Positions 42,622-51,685 of a stretch of 64,000 nucleotides of DNA are shown here, one piece after another (the first letter of the stretch is position 1; each line of letters starts with the position of its first letter). This stretch comes from an uncultured Actinomycetes bacterium (GTDB lineage: Bacteria; Actinomycetota; UBA4738; JBBDTT01). The notes under the pieces are model-generated. The model searched no databases and was not told the origin of the DNA. It was given only the letters and a program-made list of their open reading frames with translations. The stretch is from NCBI GenBank assembly GCA_963742735.1, contig CAVUMN010000004.1:1440001-1504000 (forward strand), read 5' to 3'. The position numbers and the translations under genes are program-made.

Positions 42622-44874
42622 ATGCCCCGCGCTCCACGATCCTCCACCCCTCGACGCACGAAGATCTCCGCGATCGTCGAGGTACTCGGTCGCGCCGGGC
42701 CGTTCAAGGACCTCGGCCGGCGTGACCTGGCGGCCCTCGCCGAACGCCTCGAGCCTGTCGGGCTGGCCGCGGGCGAGACGCTGCTGTCCCAGGACGGAGC
42801 CGGGGACGACGTCTTCGTCGTCCTCGCCGGTTCGCTCGCCGTCCTCGCGGCCGACGGGAACGGCACCGCCCGGGTGGCGGAGGTGGGACCCGGTGACGTC
42901 GTCGGGGAGAACGCGGTGCTGACCGGCGAGCGCCGGGCCGCCACCGTCCGCGCGAACGGGCGTGCCCGGGTGGGCAGGCTGTCCCGGGAGGCGTTCGGAG
43001 AGATCCTGTCCGCGCATCCCCGGGTGGCCGAGCGCATGGCCAAGGAGATGGACCGGCGAACCATCGATCGTCTGCTGGCGACCGACCTCGCCCGGCTGTT
43101 CGGTCCCCTGGACCCGGAGGTCCGAGAGCAGCTGCGCTCCCGGCTCGAGTGGCGCCACCTGGCCGCCGGCGACGTCCTGTTCTCCGAGGGCGAGCCGGCC
43201 GACTCGGCGTACTTCGTGGTGCTCGGGCGCCTGCGCGCCCGGGCGAGCCCCTCGGCCAACGGCTCGGCCGAGGCGTGGACGGACGTCCCGGCGGGGGAGC
43301 TGGTTGGGGCAGCCGCCCTGCTCGACGGCGGCGTGCGGGCCCGAACGGTGGCCGCGGTCCGGGACTCCTACCTGGTGAAGCTCCCGGCCGACGTCCTCGC
43401 GCTGCTGTCGAAGGACCACCCCGAGGCGATCCTCGGCGTGGCCCGCAGCCTGGTCCGTCAGATCACCCAGCCGCCCGTCCGCGGCGGCGCGGGCCGGCGG
43501 TGCTCGGTGGTGCTCATCCCGGCCGCGCTCGACGTCGACCTCCGCATGTTCGCCTCGCGGCTGGCCGAGATGCTGTCCGAGGACGGTCCGACCTTCCACC
43601 TGTGGGGCGCGCGGGTCGACAGCGCGCTGGGGACGCCCGGGGTGTCCCAGTCGAAGGCCGGGGACCCGGGCGACGTGCGGGTCAGCCGATGGCTGGACAC
43701 CGTGGAAGAGGCGAATCGGTTCCTGGTGTTCGAGGCCGACGGCGAGGACTCGGCCTGGACCCGGCGGGCCCTGCGCCAGGCCGACCACGTCCTGATCCTG
43801 GCGGACGCCACGGCCGAGCCGGTCGCGCCCGGGGCCGCGGTCGCCGAGCTGATCCAGGCGGGCGGCACGCCGGTCTCCCTGGTGCTGCTCCAGCGCGGCG
43901 GCCCCCACCTGCCCACCGGCACGGACCGGTGGCTGGACGCGATGGGCGTCGACGACGTCATCCACCTCCGGCGGGGCTCACCCCACGACCTGCAGCGGCT
44001 GGGGCGCGTGGTGTCGGGGCGGGCGGTGGCCATGGTCTTCAGCGGAGGGGGCGCGCGAGGGTTCGCCCACCTCGGCGTCATTCGGGCCATGCACGGGCTG
44101 GGGGTTCCCATCGACATCGTGGGGGGGTCCTCGATGGGTGCGGCGGTCGCCACCGGCCTGGGGATGGGCGTCTCCATCGAGGACATGATCCCGATGGTCA
44201 AGAAGCGCTTCGCGCGGCTGCGCGACTACACCCTTCCGGTCGCCTCATTCCTGAAGGGGAAGCGCATCACCCAGGCCATGCAGGCGGAGTTCGGCGAGCA
44301 CCTCATCGAGGACCTGTGGCTGCCGTTCTTCTGCATCACGACGAACATGACGACGTTCGGCGAGGCCGTGCATCGCCGAGGCCCGCTGGTGCAGATCCTG
44401 CGTGCGTCCACGGCCCTGCCCGGCGTCCTGCCTCCCGCGTCGATCGGCGGCGAGGTTCACATCGACGGGGGAGTCATCAACGATTTCCCGATCGACGTGA
44501 TGCGCCGGCTGCATCCGAACTCGATCGTGATCGGCTCCGACGTGACCCCCAAGCGCGGGCCCGGCGCCAAGGACGACTACGGGCTGTGGCTGTCGGGGAT
44601 GCGGGCGATCGGCAAGAGGGTCGGCAGGCACCAGAGGATCCCCGGCATCGGCGACACGCTGATGCGGTCCATGACCGTGAGCGCCATGCGCCAGCGCGAC
44701 CGGGCGATCGAGGAACATCACGCCGACCTGGTGCTGCACCACGACATGCGCGGCGTGAGCCTGCTGGACTTCGACGCCGTCGAGGCCGTGGCCGAGCGCG
44801 GCTACCAGTCCGCCCTCCCGCAGCTGACGGCGTGGTTCGAGCAGCGGGACATCGCGACGAAGGGAGCGAGCTGA
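42622..44874 (+). CDS. cNMP-binding patatin-like phospholipase (NTE family)
   Basis: Two CNB domains (GENAVLTGERRAATV; second degenerate); GGGARG, GSSMG, IDGG patatin motifs. Confidence 0.9.
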   Translation: MPRAPRSSTPRRTKISAIVEVLGRAGPFKDLGRRDLAALAERLEPVGLAAGETLLSQDGAGDDVFVVLAGSLAVLAADGNGTARVAEVGPGDVVGENAVLTGERRAATVRANGRARVGRLSREAFGEILSAHPRVAERMAKEMDRRTIDRLLATDLARLFGPLDPEVREQLRSRLEWRHLAAGDVLFSEGEPADSAYFVVLGRLRARASPSANGSAEAWTDVPAGELVGAAALLDGGVRARTVAAVRDSYLVKLPADVLALLSKDHPEAILGVARSLVRQITQPPVRGGAGRRCSVVLIPAALDVDLRMFASRLAEMLSEDGPTFHLWGARVDSALGTPGVSQSKAGDPGDVRVSRWLDTVEEANRFLVFEADGEDSAWTRRALRQADHVLILADATAEPVAPGAAVAELIQAGGTPVSLVLLQRGGPHLPTGTDRWLDAMGVDDVIHLRRGSPHDLQRLGRVVSGRAVAMVFSGGGARGFAHLGVIRAMHGLGVPIDIVGGSSMGAAVATGLGMGVSIEDMIPMVKKRFARLRDYTLPVASFLKGKRITQAMQAEFGEHLIEDLWLPFFCITTNMTTFGEAVHRRGPLVQILRASTALPGVLPPASIGGEVHIDGGVINDFPIDVMRRLHPNSIVIGSDVTPKRGPGAKDDYGLWLSGMRAIGKRVGRHQRIPGIGDTLMRSMTVSAMRQRDRAIEEHHADLVLHHDMRGVSLLDFDAVEAVAERGYQSALPQLTAWFEQRDIATKGAS

Positions 44875-45920
44875 TGCTGTTGGTCACCCTGAGGGACCTT
44901 CAGTACCGCAAGGTCCGGTTCCTGCTGGTGACGCTGGGGACCGGGCTGGTGTTCGTGCTGCTGCTGTTGATGAGCGGGCTCACCGCGCAGTTCCGCCGCG
45001 AGCCGCTGGCCACCGTCGAGGCGATCGGGGCCGACGGCTGGGTCCTGCGAGCCGGCGCGACCGGGGCGTTCACCTCTGCGGCCACGCTGGAGCCTGGGAT
45101 CGCCGCGGGGATCCAGGGTGCGACGCGCGCGGATCCCCTGGTCATCGCGCGGCACAGCCTGGACGTGGACGGCGCGCCCATGGACATCGTGGTGATCGGC
45201 TACGTGCCGGGCGGGCTTGGGGTGCCGACGGTGATCGAGGGGCGCCTGCCGGCGTCGAGCGGCGAGGTCACGATCGACGAGTCCTCCGGCGTCGCGGTGG
45301 GTGATCCCGCCAAGGTCGGCTCGCAGACGTTCACCGTGGCGGGGCTGACCACCGACACGACGTTGCTGGGCGGCATGCCCCTGCTGTTCATGGAGCTCGA
45401 GGACGCCCAGGCGCTGGTCTACCGGGGGCGCCCCGCCGCGAGCGCCATCGTCGTGGAGGGCACGCCGACCTCGGTCCCGGAGGGGTACGCGCTGCTGTCG
45501 AACGAGGCGGTCGCCGAGGACGCCACCCGTCCGCTGGATCGCGCCATCTCCTCGGTCAGCCTGGTGCGAAGCCTGCTGTGGGTCGTGTCCGCGATGATCA
45601 TCGGCGGGGTCGTGTACCTCTCGGCGCTGGAGCGCCGGCGGGACTTCGCGGTCATGAAGGCCGTCGGCACGTCGACCGCGGCGCTGCTGTTCGGGCTCGC
45701 GCTCCAGGGGGTGCTCGTGGCGATCCTGGCGGCGATCCTGGCCACGGGCCTGCAGGCGGTCCTGGTCCCCATCTTCCCGCTGAAGGTGACGGTGACGACG
45801 TCGGTGCTCACCCAGCTGCCGGTCGTGGCGGTGTTGATCGCGATCCTTGCCAGCCTCGGCGGAATGCGCCAGGTGGCGCGGACCGATCCCGCGTCGGCGT
45901 TCGGGGGGCCGGCGTCATGA
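44874..45920 (+). CDS. ABC transporter permease (MacB/FtsX-like)
   Basis: LRDLQYR N-terminus, TM + extracellular loop + 3 TM, LERRRDFAVMKAVG. Confidence 0.88.
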   Translation: MLLVTLRDLQYRKVRFLLVTLGTGLVFVLLLLMSGLTAQFRREPLATVEAIGADGWVLRAGATGAFTSAATLEPGIAAGIQGATRADPLVIARHSLDVDGAPMDIVVIGYVPGGLGVPTVIEGRLPASSGEVTIDESSGVAVGDPAKVGSQTFTVAGLTTDTTLLGGMPLLFMELEDAQALVYRGRPAASAIVVEGTPTSVPEGYALLSNEAVAEDATRPLDRAISSVSLVRSLLWVVSAMIIGGVVYLSALERRRDFAVMKAVGTSTAALLFGLALQGVLVAILAAILATGLQAVLVPIFPLKVTVTTSVLTQLPVVAVLIAILASLGGMRQVARTDPASAFGGPAS

Positions 45921-47020
45921 CCCCGACCAAGCTCTCCGTTCGGGACCTGGTCGTCGAGTACCAGACCGAGAACTACAAGGTGCGACCCATCGAGGGTCTG
46001 AGCTTCGAGGCGTCCGAGGGCGAGATCGTCGTTCTGCTCGGTCCCTCGGGCTCCGGGAAGACCACGCTGCTGTCCTGTCTGGCGGGGATCCTGACCCCGA
46101 CGTGGGGGTGGATCGAGGTCGGCGACACGGTGGTCACCGAGCTCGCCGCGGGGAAGATGGCCGAGTACCGGCGGCGGCAGGTCGGGATCATCTTCCAGGC
46201 GTTCAACCTGATCGCCTCGCTGTCCGCCCGGGAGAACGTGGCGATGCCGCTCATGGTGGGCTCGGGGATCTTCAAGAACGAGGTCCCCAAATCCGAGGCC
46301 CTGAAGCGCGCCGACGAGCTCCTGGCGCTGGTGAACCTGGCCGACCGCGCCCATCACCGTCCCGGACAGCTCTCGGGAGGGCAGCAGCAGCGGGTGGCGA
46401 TCGCCCGCGCGCTGATCTACGACCCCCCGATGCTGCTGGCCGACGAGCCGACGGCGAACCTGGACTACATCCAGGCGGAGGGGATCGTTCGCGCCCTCCG
46501 TGACCTGAAGGCGAAGGGCCGGATCATCGTGATCGCCACCCACGACGAGCGCCTGGTGCCGATCGCGGACCGCGTCGTGCAGCTGGTGCCGGACGTGCAC
46601 GGCGAGAGCGGACCTCCCCAGCGCGTGGAGTACGCCGCCGGCGAGACGATCTTCCAGCAGGGCTCGCGGGGCCAGCTGATCTACGTGATCGAGGGGGGCC
46701 GGGTCGATCTGGTTCGCGACCTGGCGGACGGGGGCGAGGAACCGCTGGCGCTGCTCGACGCCGGCCAGTACTTCGGCGAGCTCGGCCCGTTCCTGGGGAT
46801 GCCCAGGGCGGCGACGGCGCGGGCCAAGACCGACGTGGTCCTCACCGCCTACGGCGTGCAGGACTTCCGCCGCAAGCTGGGCGAGCTCAAGGCGGGGCAG
46901 GACGGCAACGGAACCCGGATCAAGAGGAAGCGCCCCGCCAAGAAGACGGCGGCGAAGAGGTCCGCCGGGAAGAAGCCGGCCGCCAAGAAGGCCGCCGCGA
47001 GGGTTCGTTCCCGTTCCTGA
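45917..47020 (+). CDS. ABC ATPase fused to C-terminal cNMP-binding domain, Lys-rich tail
   Basis: GPSGSGKT, LSGGQQQR, LADEPT; GQYFGELGPFLGMPRAATARA; PAKK tail. Confidence 0.9.
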   Translation: MTPTKLSVRDLVVEYQTENYKVRPIEGLSFEASEGEIVVLLGPSGSGKTTLLSCLAGILTPTWGWIEVGDTVVTELAAGKMAEYRRRQVGIIFQAFNLIASLSARENVAMPLMVGSGIFKNEVPKSEALKRADELLALVNLADRAHHRPGQLSGGQQQRVAIARALIYDPPMLLADEPTANLDYIQAEGIVRALRDLKAKGRIIVIATHDERLVPIADRVVQLVPDVHGESGPPQRVEYAAGETIFQQGSRGQLIYVIEGGRVDLVRDLADGGEEPLALLDAGQYFGELGPFLGMPRAATARAKTDVVLTAYGVQDFRRKLGELKAGQDGNGTRIKRKRPAKKTAAKRSAGKKPAAKKAAARVRSRS

Positions 47021-47078
47021 GTTCCTCTGCTAGCATCGGGCGACCCACCCACCTACTTCCTGGGGATGAGGCGCGTCC

Positions 47079-47765
47079 ATGATCCGTTGCGACCACGTAA
47101 CCAAGACCTACAAGGATTCCGTTGTTGCCCTCGAGGATGTGTCGCTCGAGGTCGGCAAGGGCGAGTTCGTGTTCCTGGTCGGCCCGTCGGGCTCGGGCAA
47201 GAGCACGTTCCTGCGGCTGTGCCTGAAGGAGGAGGAGCCCAGCAAGGGCGCCATCTTCGTGGCCGGCAAGAACATCCGCACGCTGTCGACCTGGAAGGTG
47301 CCCTACCTGCGGCGAAACATCGGCACCGTGTTCCAGGACTTCAAGCTGCTCCCCGACAAGACGGTCTTCGACAACGTGGCGTTCGCGCTGGAGGTCATCG
47401 GCAAGCCCAAGCACACCATCGACACGCGCGTGCCGGAGATCCTGGAGCTGGTCGGGCTGGGGGACAAGCTGTCGAACTTCCCGGACGAGCTGTCCGGCGG
47501 CGAGCAGCAGCGGGTTTCCATCGCCCGGGCATTCGTGAACCGGCCGCTCATCCTGCTGGCCGACGAGCCGACGGGAAACCTCGACCCCGCCACGTCGGTG
47601 GACATCATGAAGCTGCTCGACCGCATCAACCGCACGGGCACCACCGTGATCATGGCTACGCACGACAACGCGATCGTGGACGCCATGCGCCGCCGGGTGA
47701 TCGAGCTCGAGGGCGGCCACGTCATCCGCGACCAGGCCCGAGGGGTGTACGGCTATGGCGCGTAG
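47079..47765 (+). CDS. ftsE: Cell division ATP-binding protein FtsE
   Basis: [35 protein letters not shown] end. Confidence 0.95.
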   Translation: MIRCDHVTKTYKDSVVALEDVSLEVGKGEFVFLVGPSGSGKSTFLRLCLKEEEPSKGAIFVAGKNIRTLSTWKVPYLRRNIGTVFQDFKLLPDKTVFDNVAFALEVIGKPKHTIDTRVPEILELVGLGDKLSNFPDELSGGEQQRVSIARAFVNRPLILLADEPTGNLDPATSVDIMKLLDRINRTGTTVIMATHDNAIVDAMRRRVIELEGGHVIRDQARGVYGYGA

Positions 47766-48633
47766 GTTCAGCTACTTCTTCCGCGAGACCGCGACCGGGC
47801 TGAAGCGCAACGGGCTCATCGCCTTCGCAGCGGTGTCCTCGGTGTTCGTGTCGCTGTTCCTGCTCGGCGCGGCCCTGCTGGTAGGGCGCCAGGTCGGCAT
47901 CATCGTCGACTACTCGACCGCCAAGGTCGAGGTCTCGGTGTTCCTGAAGGACTCCATCACCGAGCCCCAGCGACTGCACCTGCAGGAGACGCTCGTCGCG
48001 ATCCCCGAGGTCGACACCGTCGAGTACGAGTCGCGCGAGGAGGCCTACGAGCGGTTCAAGGAGATCTTCGCCAACCAGCCCAACCTGGTGCAGAACGTCC
48101 CGCCGGACGCGATGCCCATGTCCTACAGGGTGAAGCTCGCCGACCCCGAGAAGTTCGACGTGATCGCCGCGCGCCTCGCCGGCCAGCCGGGCATCGACAA
48201 GGTCGTGGACCAGCGCGAGATCCTCAAGCGGCTGTTCGCGGTGACGAACGTGCTGCAGGTCGGGGCGTTCGCGGCGGCGGTGATCATGCTGGTGTCGGCG
48301 GCCGCGCTGATCGGCAACACCGTGCGTATGGCGGTGTTCGCTCGGCGCAAGGAGATCGGCATCATGAAGCTCGTCGGCGCGACGAACTGGTTCATCCGCG
48401 TGCCGTTCCTGATCGAGGGCGTGGTCCAGGGTCTGTTCGGCGCGGCGGCGGCCATCGTGTCGCTGTTCGCGATCAAGGCCCTGTTCATCGACCCGCTGCG
48501 CAACAAGATCGGGTTCATGCCGCTGGTCCAGACCCAGGACGTGGTGTTCGCGGTGCCGTTCCTGCTGCTGGCCGGCGTGCTCGTAGCGGTGATCGCCAGC
48601 CTGCTCGCCATGCGCCGCTTCCTCGAGGTCTGA
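47755..48633 (+). CDS. ftsX: Cell division permease FtsX
   Basis: [38 protein letters not shown]. Confidence 0.95.
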   Translation: MARRFSYFFRETATGLKRNGLIAFAAVSSVFVSLFLLGAALLVGRQVGIIVDYSTAKVEVSVFLKDSITEPQRLHLQETLVAIPEVDTVEYESREEAYERFKEIFANQPNLVQNVPPDAMPMSYRVKLADPEKFDVIAARLAGQPGIDKVVDQREILKRLFAVTNVLQVGAFAAAVIMLVSAAALIGNTVRMAVFARRKEIGIMKLVGATNWFIRVPFLIEGVVQGLFGAAAAIVSLFAIKALFIDPLRNKIGFMPLVQTQDVVFAVPFLLLAGVLVAVIASLLAMRRFLEV

Positions 48634-48640
48634 GTCGCTC

Positions 48641-48713
48641 GGAGGTCACGCGCCGCATCGCTTCCCTCGCTCGCTGCGCTCGCTCAGTCCAGATGATGCG
48701 TCGCATGACCCCC
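48641..48713. repeat. Imperfect long palindrome (REP-like)
   Basis: GGAGGTCACGCGCCGCATCG / TGATGCGTCGCATGACCCCC arms around CTCGCTCGCTGCGCTCGCTC. Confidence 0.45.
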
Positions 48714-48769
48714 TCGCTCTGCAGAGGGTGCTTGAATCGCCCCCTTTGCGTTCCTAGGCTTGTGTACCC

Positions 48770-49966
48770 ATGAGGCTTCCCCGGCCGCTTGTGGCCCTCA
48801 TCGCCCTGTGCTTGCTCATGTCCCTGGCCGCCCCGGCCACCGCGGACGACGATCAGCGCCTGCGCGAGATCGACCAGGAGATCGCCCAGAAGCGCGCGCA
48901 GATCGAGGCCGCGGAGGACGCCCGGCAGAGCCTGCTGGAGCAGATCGCCGACTCCGACGACAAGCTCCGCGGGATCAACGCGACGCTCGCCGAGCTCCAG
49001 GCGCTGCTGCGGGAGACGCGTGCGAAGTTCGCCCCCGTCCAGGCCGCCTACGTCACCGCCGTGGCCCGCCACCGGAACCTCGTCGTGCGGGTCAACCGCA
49101 CCCAGCAGAGGCTCAACCTGCAGATCCAGGCCCTCGGCGACCGGGCCGCGGGCGCCTACGTCGCCGGCCCCGGCTCGTGGTTCGAGGTCGTCCTCACGTC
49201 GTCGTCCTTCGGCGACCTCATCGCGAAGCAGGAGCTGGCGAACCGCGTGCTGCTCTACGACTCCGACATCGTCGACCAGGTCGCCAACACCAAGGCCCGT
49301 CTGGAGGACATGCGCGAGGAGGCCGGCGAAGCCCGCGCCGAGATCAAGATTCGCCGCGACGAGCTGAAGCGGCAGGTCGACCGGGTGGCGAACCTCACCG
49401 CCAAGCAGGCCGCCGCGCAGGCGGCGCTGGAGCAGGAGCTCGCCACCCGGGAGGACGCCCTGCAGGATGTCGAGGCCGCGAAGTCGACGTACGAGGCGGC
49501 GGTCCGGGCGCTGCAGGCCGAGTCGGACCGCATCCGGGGGATCATCCAGGGGGGCGGCTCCAGCGGGTCTGGAAGCGCGGGCGGAACGTTCTACTGGCCG
49601 ACCGCCGGAACGGTTACCTCCGGGTTCGGTTGGCGGATCCACCCGATCTACGGCACCCGGCGGTTCCACTCGGGCGTCGACATGGGCGGGGCGTGCGGCC
49701 AGCCGATCTACGCGGCCGCGTCGGGAACCGTGCTCGACGTCTACTGGTCGGAGGGCTACGGGCTGTTCACGATCCTGGACCACGGCAACGGCCTGGCCAC
49801 CGCCTACGCGCACCAGTCCGCCACCCTCATCTCCGACGGCGAGCACGTCGGCCGTGGCGAACAGATCGGCCGGGTGGGGACCACCGGATGGTCCACCGGC
49901 TGCCACCTGCATTTCGAGGCCCGGGTCAACGGCAGCCCGGTCGACCCGATGCCGTACCTGACCTAG
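48770..49966 (+). CDS. Coiled-coil + M23 peptidoglycan endopeptidase (FtsEX partner)
   Basis: Signal peptide, long coiled coil, HSGVD and HLHFE Zn motifs. Confidence 0.9.
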   Translation: MRLPRPLVALIALCLLMSLAAPATADDDQRLREIDQEIAQKRAQIEAAEDARQSLLEQIADSDDKLRGINATLAELQALLRETRAKFAPVQAAYVTAVARHRNLVVRVNRTQQRLNLQIQALGDRAAGAYVAGPGSWFEVVLTSSSFGDLIAKQELANRVLLYDSDIVDQVANTKARLEDMREEAGEARAEIKIRRDELKRQVDRVANLTAKQAAAQAALEQELATREDALQDVEAAKSTYEAAVRALQAESDRIRGIIQGGGSSGSGSAGGTFYWPTAGTVTSGFGWRIHPIYGTRRFHSGVDMGGACGQPIYAAASGTVLDVYWSEGYGLFTILDHGNGLATAYAHQSATLISDGEHVGRGEQIGRVGTTGWSTGCHLHFEARVNGSPVDPMPYLT

Positions 49967-50047
49967 CCGGTGCCACCCTCGGGGGAGGACGGGTCGTTCT
50001 TCTGGGCGTCCGGTAGCATCGTGGTCCCCCCCGATCGCGAGGCAGGC

Positions 50048-51196
50048 ATGCGCCGACGTTTCCTGGCACGGATCACGGCGGCGACCCTCGCCGTCATCCT
50101 TCCCCTGGCCACCTTCGTCGCCGGCACGCGCGTTGCCGACCGGAACGAGCCCCCCGGGTTCGACCGGATCGCCGCCGCCGGCCTGCGGCTCCTGCAGGAG
50201 TCAGCCCTCCCGGTCACCGTCGATCAGCTCGTCGAGGCCGCGATCGAGGGGATGCTCGAGTCGATCGACGACCCGTATGCGGCCCTGCTCACGGCCGAGG
50301 AGCAGGCGCAGCTCGAGGACCTGGTCAGCGGCGGCGAGCTCGTCGGGATCGGCGTGTGGCTGCATCCCGCCAAGCACGGCCTCCGCGTGACCGGGGTGAT
50401 CCCCGACACCCCCGCGTCCGAGGCGGGCCTGCGGGCGGGCGACGTGATCGTCAAGGTCGACGGGGTGGCGACGGCGCCGGCCAAGAAGGGGGTCGACCGC
50501 ACCGAGCCGCTGCGGGGCGAGGCCGGGACCGCCGTCGAGCTCGAGATCTTCCGCGAGGGCAAGACGATCACTCGTGAGCTCGTCCGGCGCAGCATTCCGA
50601 TTCCCAACGTCGTTCCCCGCCGGCTGACCAGCGGGGTGGGTTACGTCCGGATGCTTCAGTTCGGCCAGGGCGTCTCGGACGAGCTCCGCGCCGCCGTCGC
50701 CGGCCTCCTCGCCGACGGCGCGTCCGGCATCCTGCTGGACCTGCGGGACAACCCCGGCGGCCTGGCCCACGAGGCGTTCGACTCGGCGAGCGTGTTCATC
50801 GACGAGGGCCTGCTGGGCACGGTCCACGCCCGGGGCGAGGACCCGCAGCAGGTCCACGCCGACGGGACCGCTCTGGAGGGCGACTTCCCTCTGGTCGTGC
50901 TGGTCAACGGGCACAGCGCAAGCGCCTCGGAGATCATGGCGGCGGCCCTCGACGACCGCGGCCGGGCCACGCTGGTCGGCAGCCGCACGTTCGGCAAGGG
51001 CTCGGTCCTCACCGTCGAGCCGGTCACCCCCGACGGCCCGACGATCAGGTACACCACCGCGTTCTTCATCCGCCCCAACGGCGAGCCCATCGAGGGGCTC
51101 GGCGTGAAGCCCCTCTACCCGGTTCCCACGACCGGGAAGGGCGACCGAGCGCTTCGGCTGGGCGAGCGGCTCGTCATCGCTCAGTCCAGGGTGTGA
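50048..51196 (+). CDS. S41 carboxy-terminal protease with PDZ domain
   Basis: DLRDNPGG, SASASE, TFGKGSV. Confidence 0.9.
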   Translation: MRRRFLARITAATLAVILPLATFVAGTRVADRNEPPGFDRIAAAGLRLLQESALPVTVDQLVEAAIEGMLESIDDPYAALLTAEEQAQLEDLVSGGELVGIGVWLHPAKHGLRVTGVIPDTPASEAGLRAGDVIVKVDGVATAPAKKGVDRTEPLRGEAGTAVELEIFREGKTITRELVRRSIPIPNVVPRRLTSGVGYVRMLQFGQGVSDELRAAVAGLLADGASGILLDLRDNPGGLAHEAFDSASVFIDEGLLGTVHARGEDPQQVHADGTALEGDFPLVVLVNGHSASASEIMAAALDDRGRATLVGSRTFGKGSVLTVEPVTPDGPTIRYTTAFFIRPNGEPIEGLGVKPLYPVPTTGKGDRALRLGERLVIAQSRV

Positions 51197-51678
51197 GCGA
51201 GGGCCGCAAGCTCGTCGCGTCGAACCGCCGGGCGCGCTTCGACTTCGCGCTCGAGGACACGTGGGAGGCGGGCATCGTCCTCACCGGCTCGGAGGTCAAG
51301 TCGCTGCGCGGCGGGCGCGCCTCGCTGAACGAGGCGTTCGCCCGCGTCGAGGGCAACGAGGTGTGGCTCGAGAACATGCACATCCCTCCCTACGAGCCGG
51401 CCGGGAAGACCCACGGGTACGACCCGCGGCGGCCGCGGAAACTCCTGATGCACAAGCGGGAGATCCAGCGGCTGATCGGCAAGACGGCCGAGAAAGGCCT
51501 GACTCTCGTCCCGGTGCGCGTGTACTTCAAGAACGGGCTGGCCAAGGTCGAGGTCGGCCTGGGCCGGGGCAAGGCCAAGTACGAGAAGCGGCAGACGCTG
51601 AAGCTCAAGGAGCACCAGCGCGAGATCGAGAAGGGATTCGGCTCGGCCCGCAAACGGACTACGCCGCCGGCGCGCTGA
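51193..51678 (+). CDS. smpB: SsrA-binding protein SmpB
   Basis: NRRARFDF..EAGIVLTGSEVKSLR, RKLLMHKREI, GRGKAKYEKR. Confidence 0.96.
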   Translation: MSEGRKLVASNRRARFDFALEDTWEAGIVLTGSEVKSLRGGRASLNEAFARVEGNEVWLENMHIPPYEPAGKTHGYDPRRPRKLLMHKREIQRLIGKTAEKGLTLVPVRVYFKNGLAKVEVGLGRGKAKYEKRQTLKLKEHQREIEKGFGSARKRTTPPAR

Positions 51679-51685
51679 TACTGGC

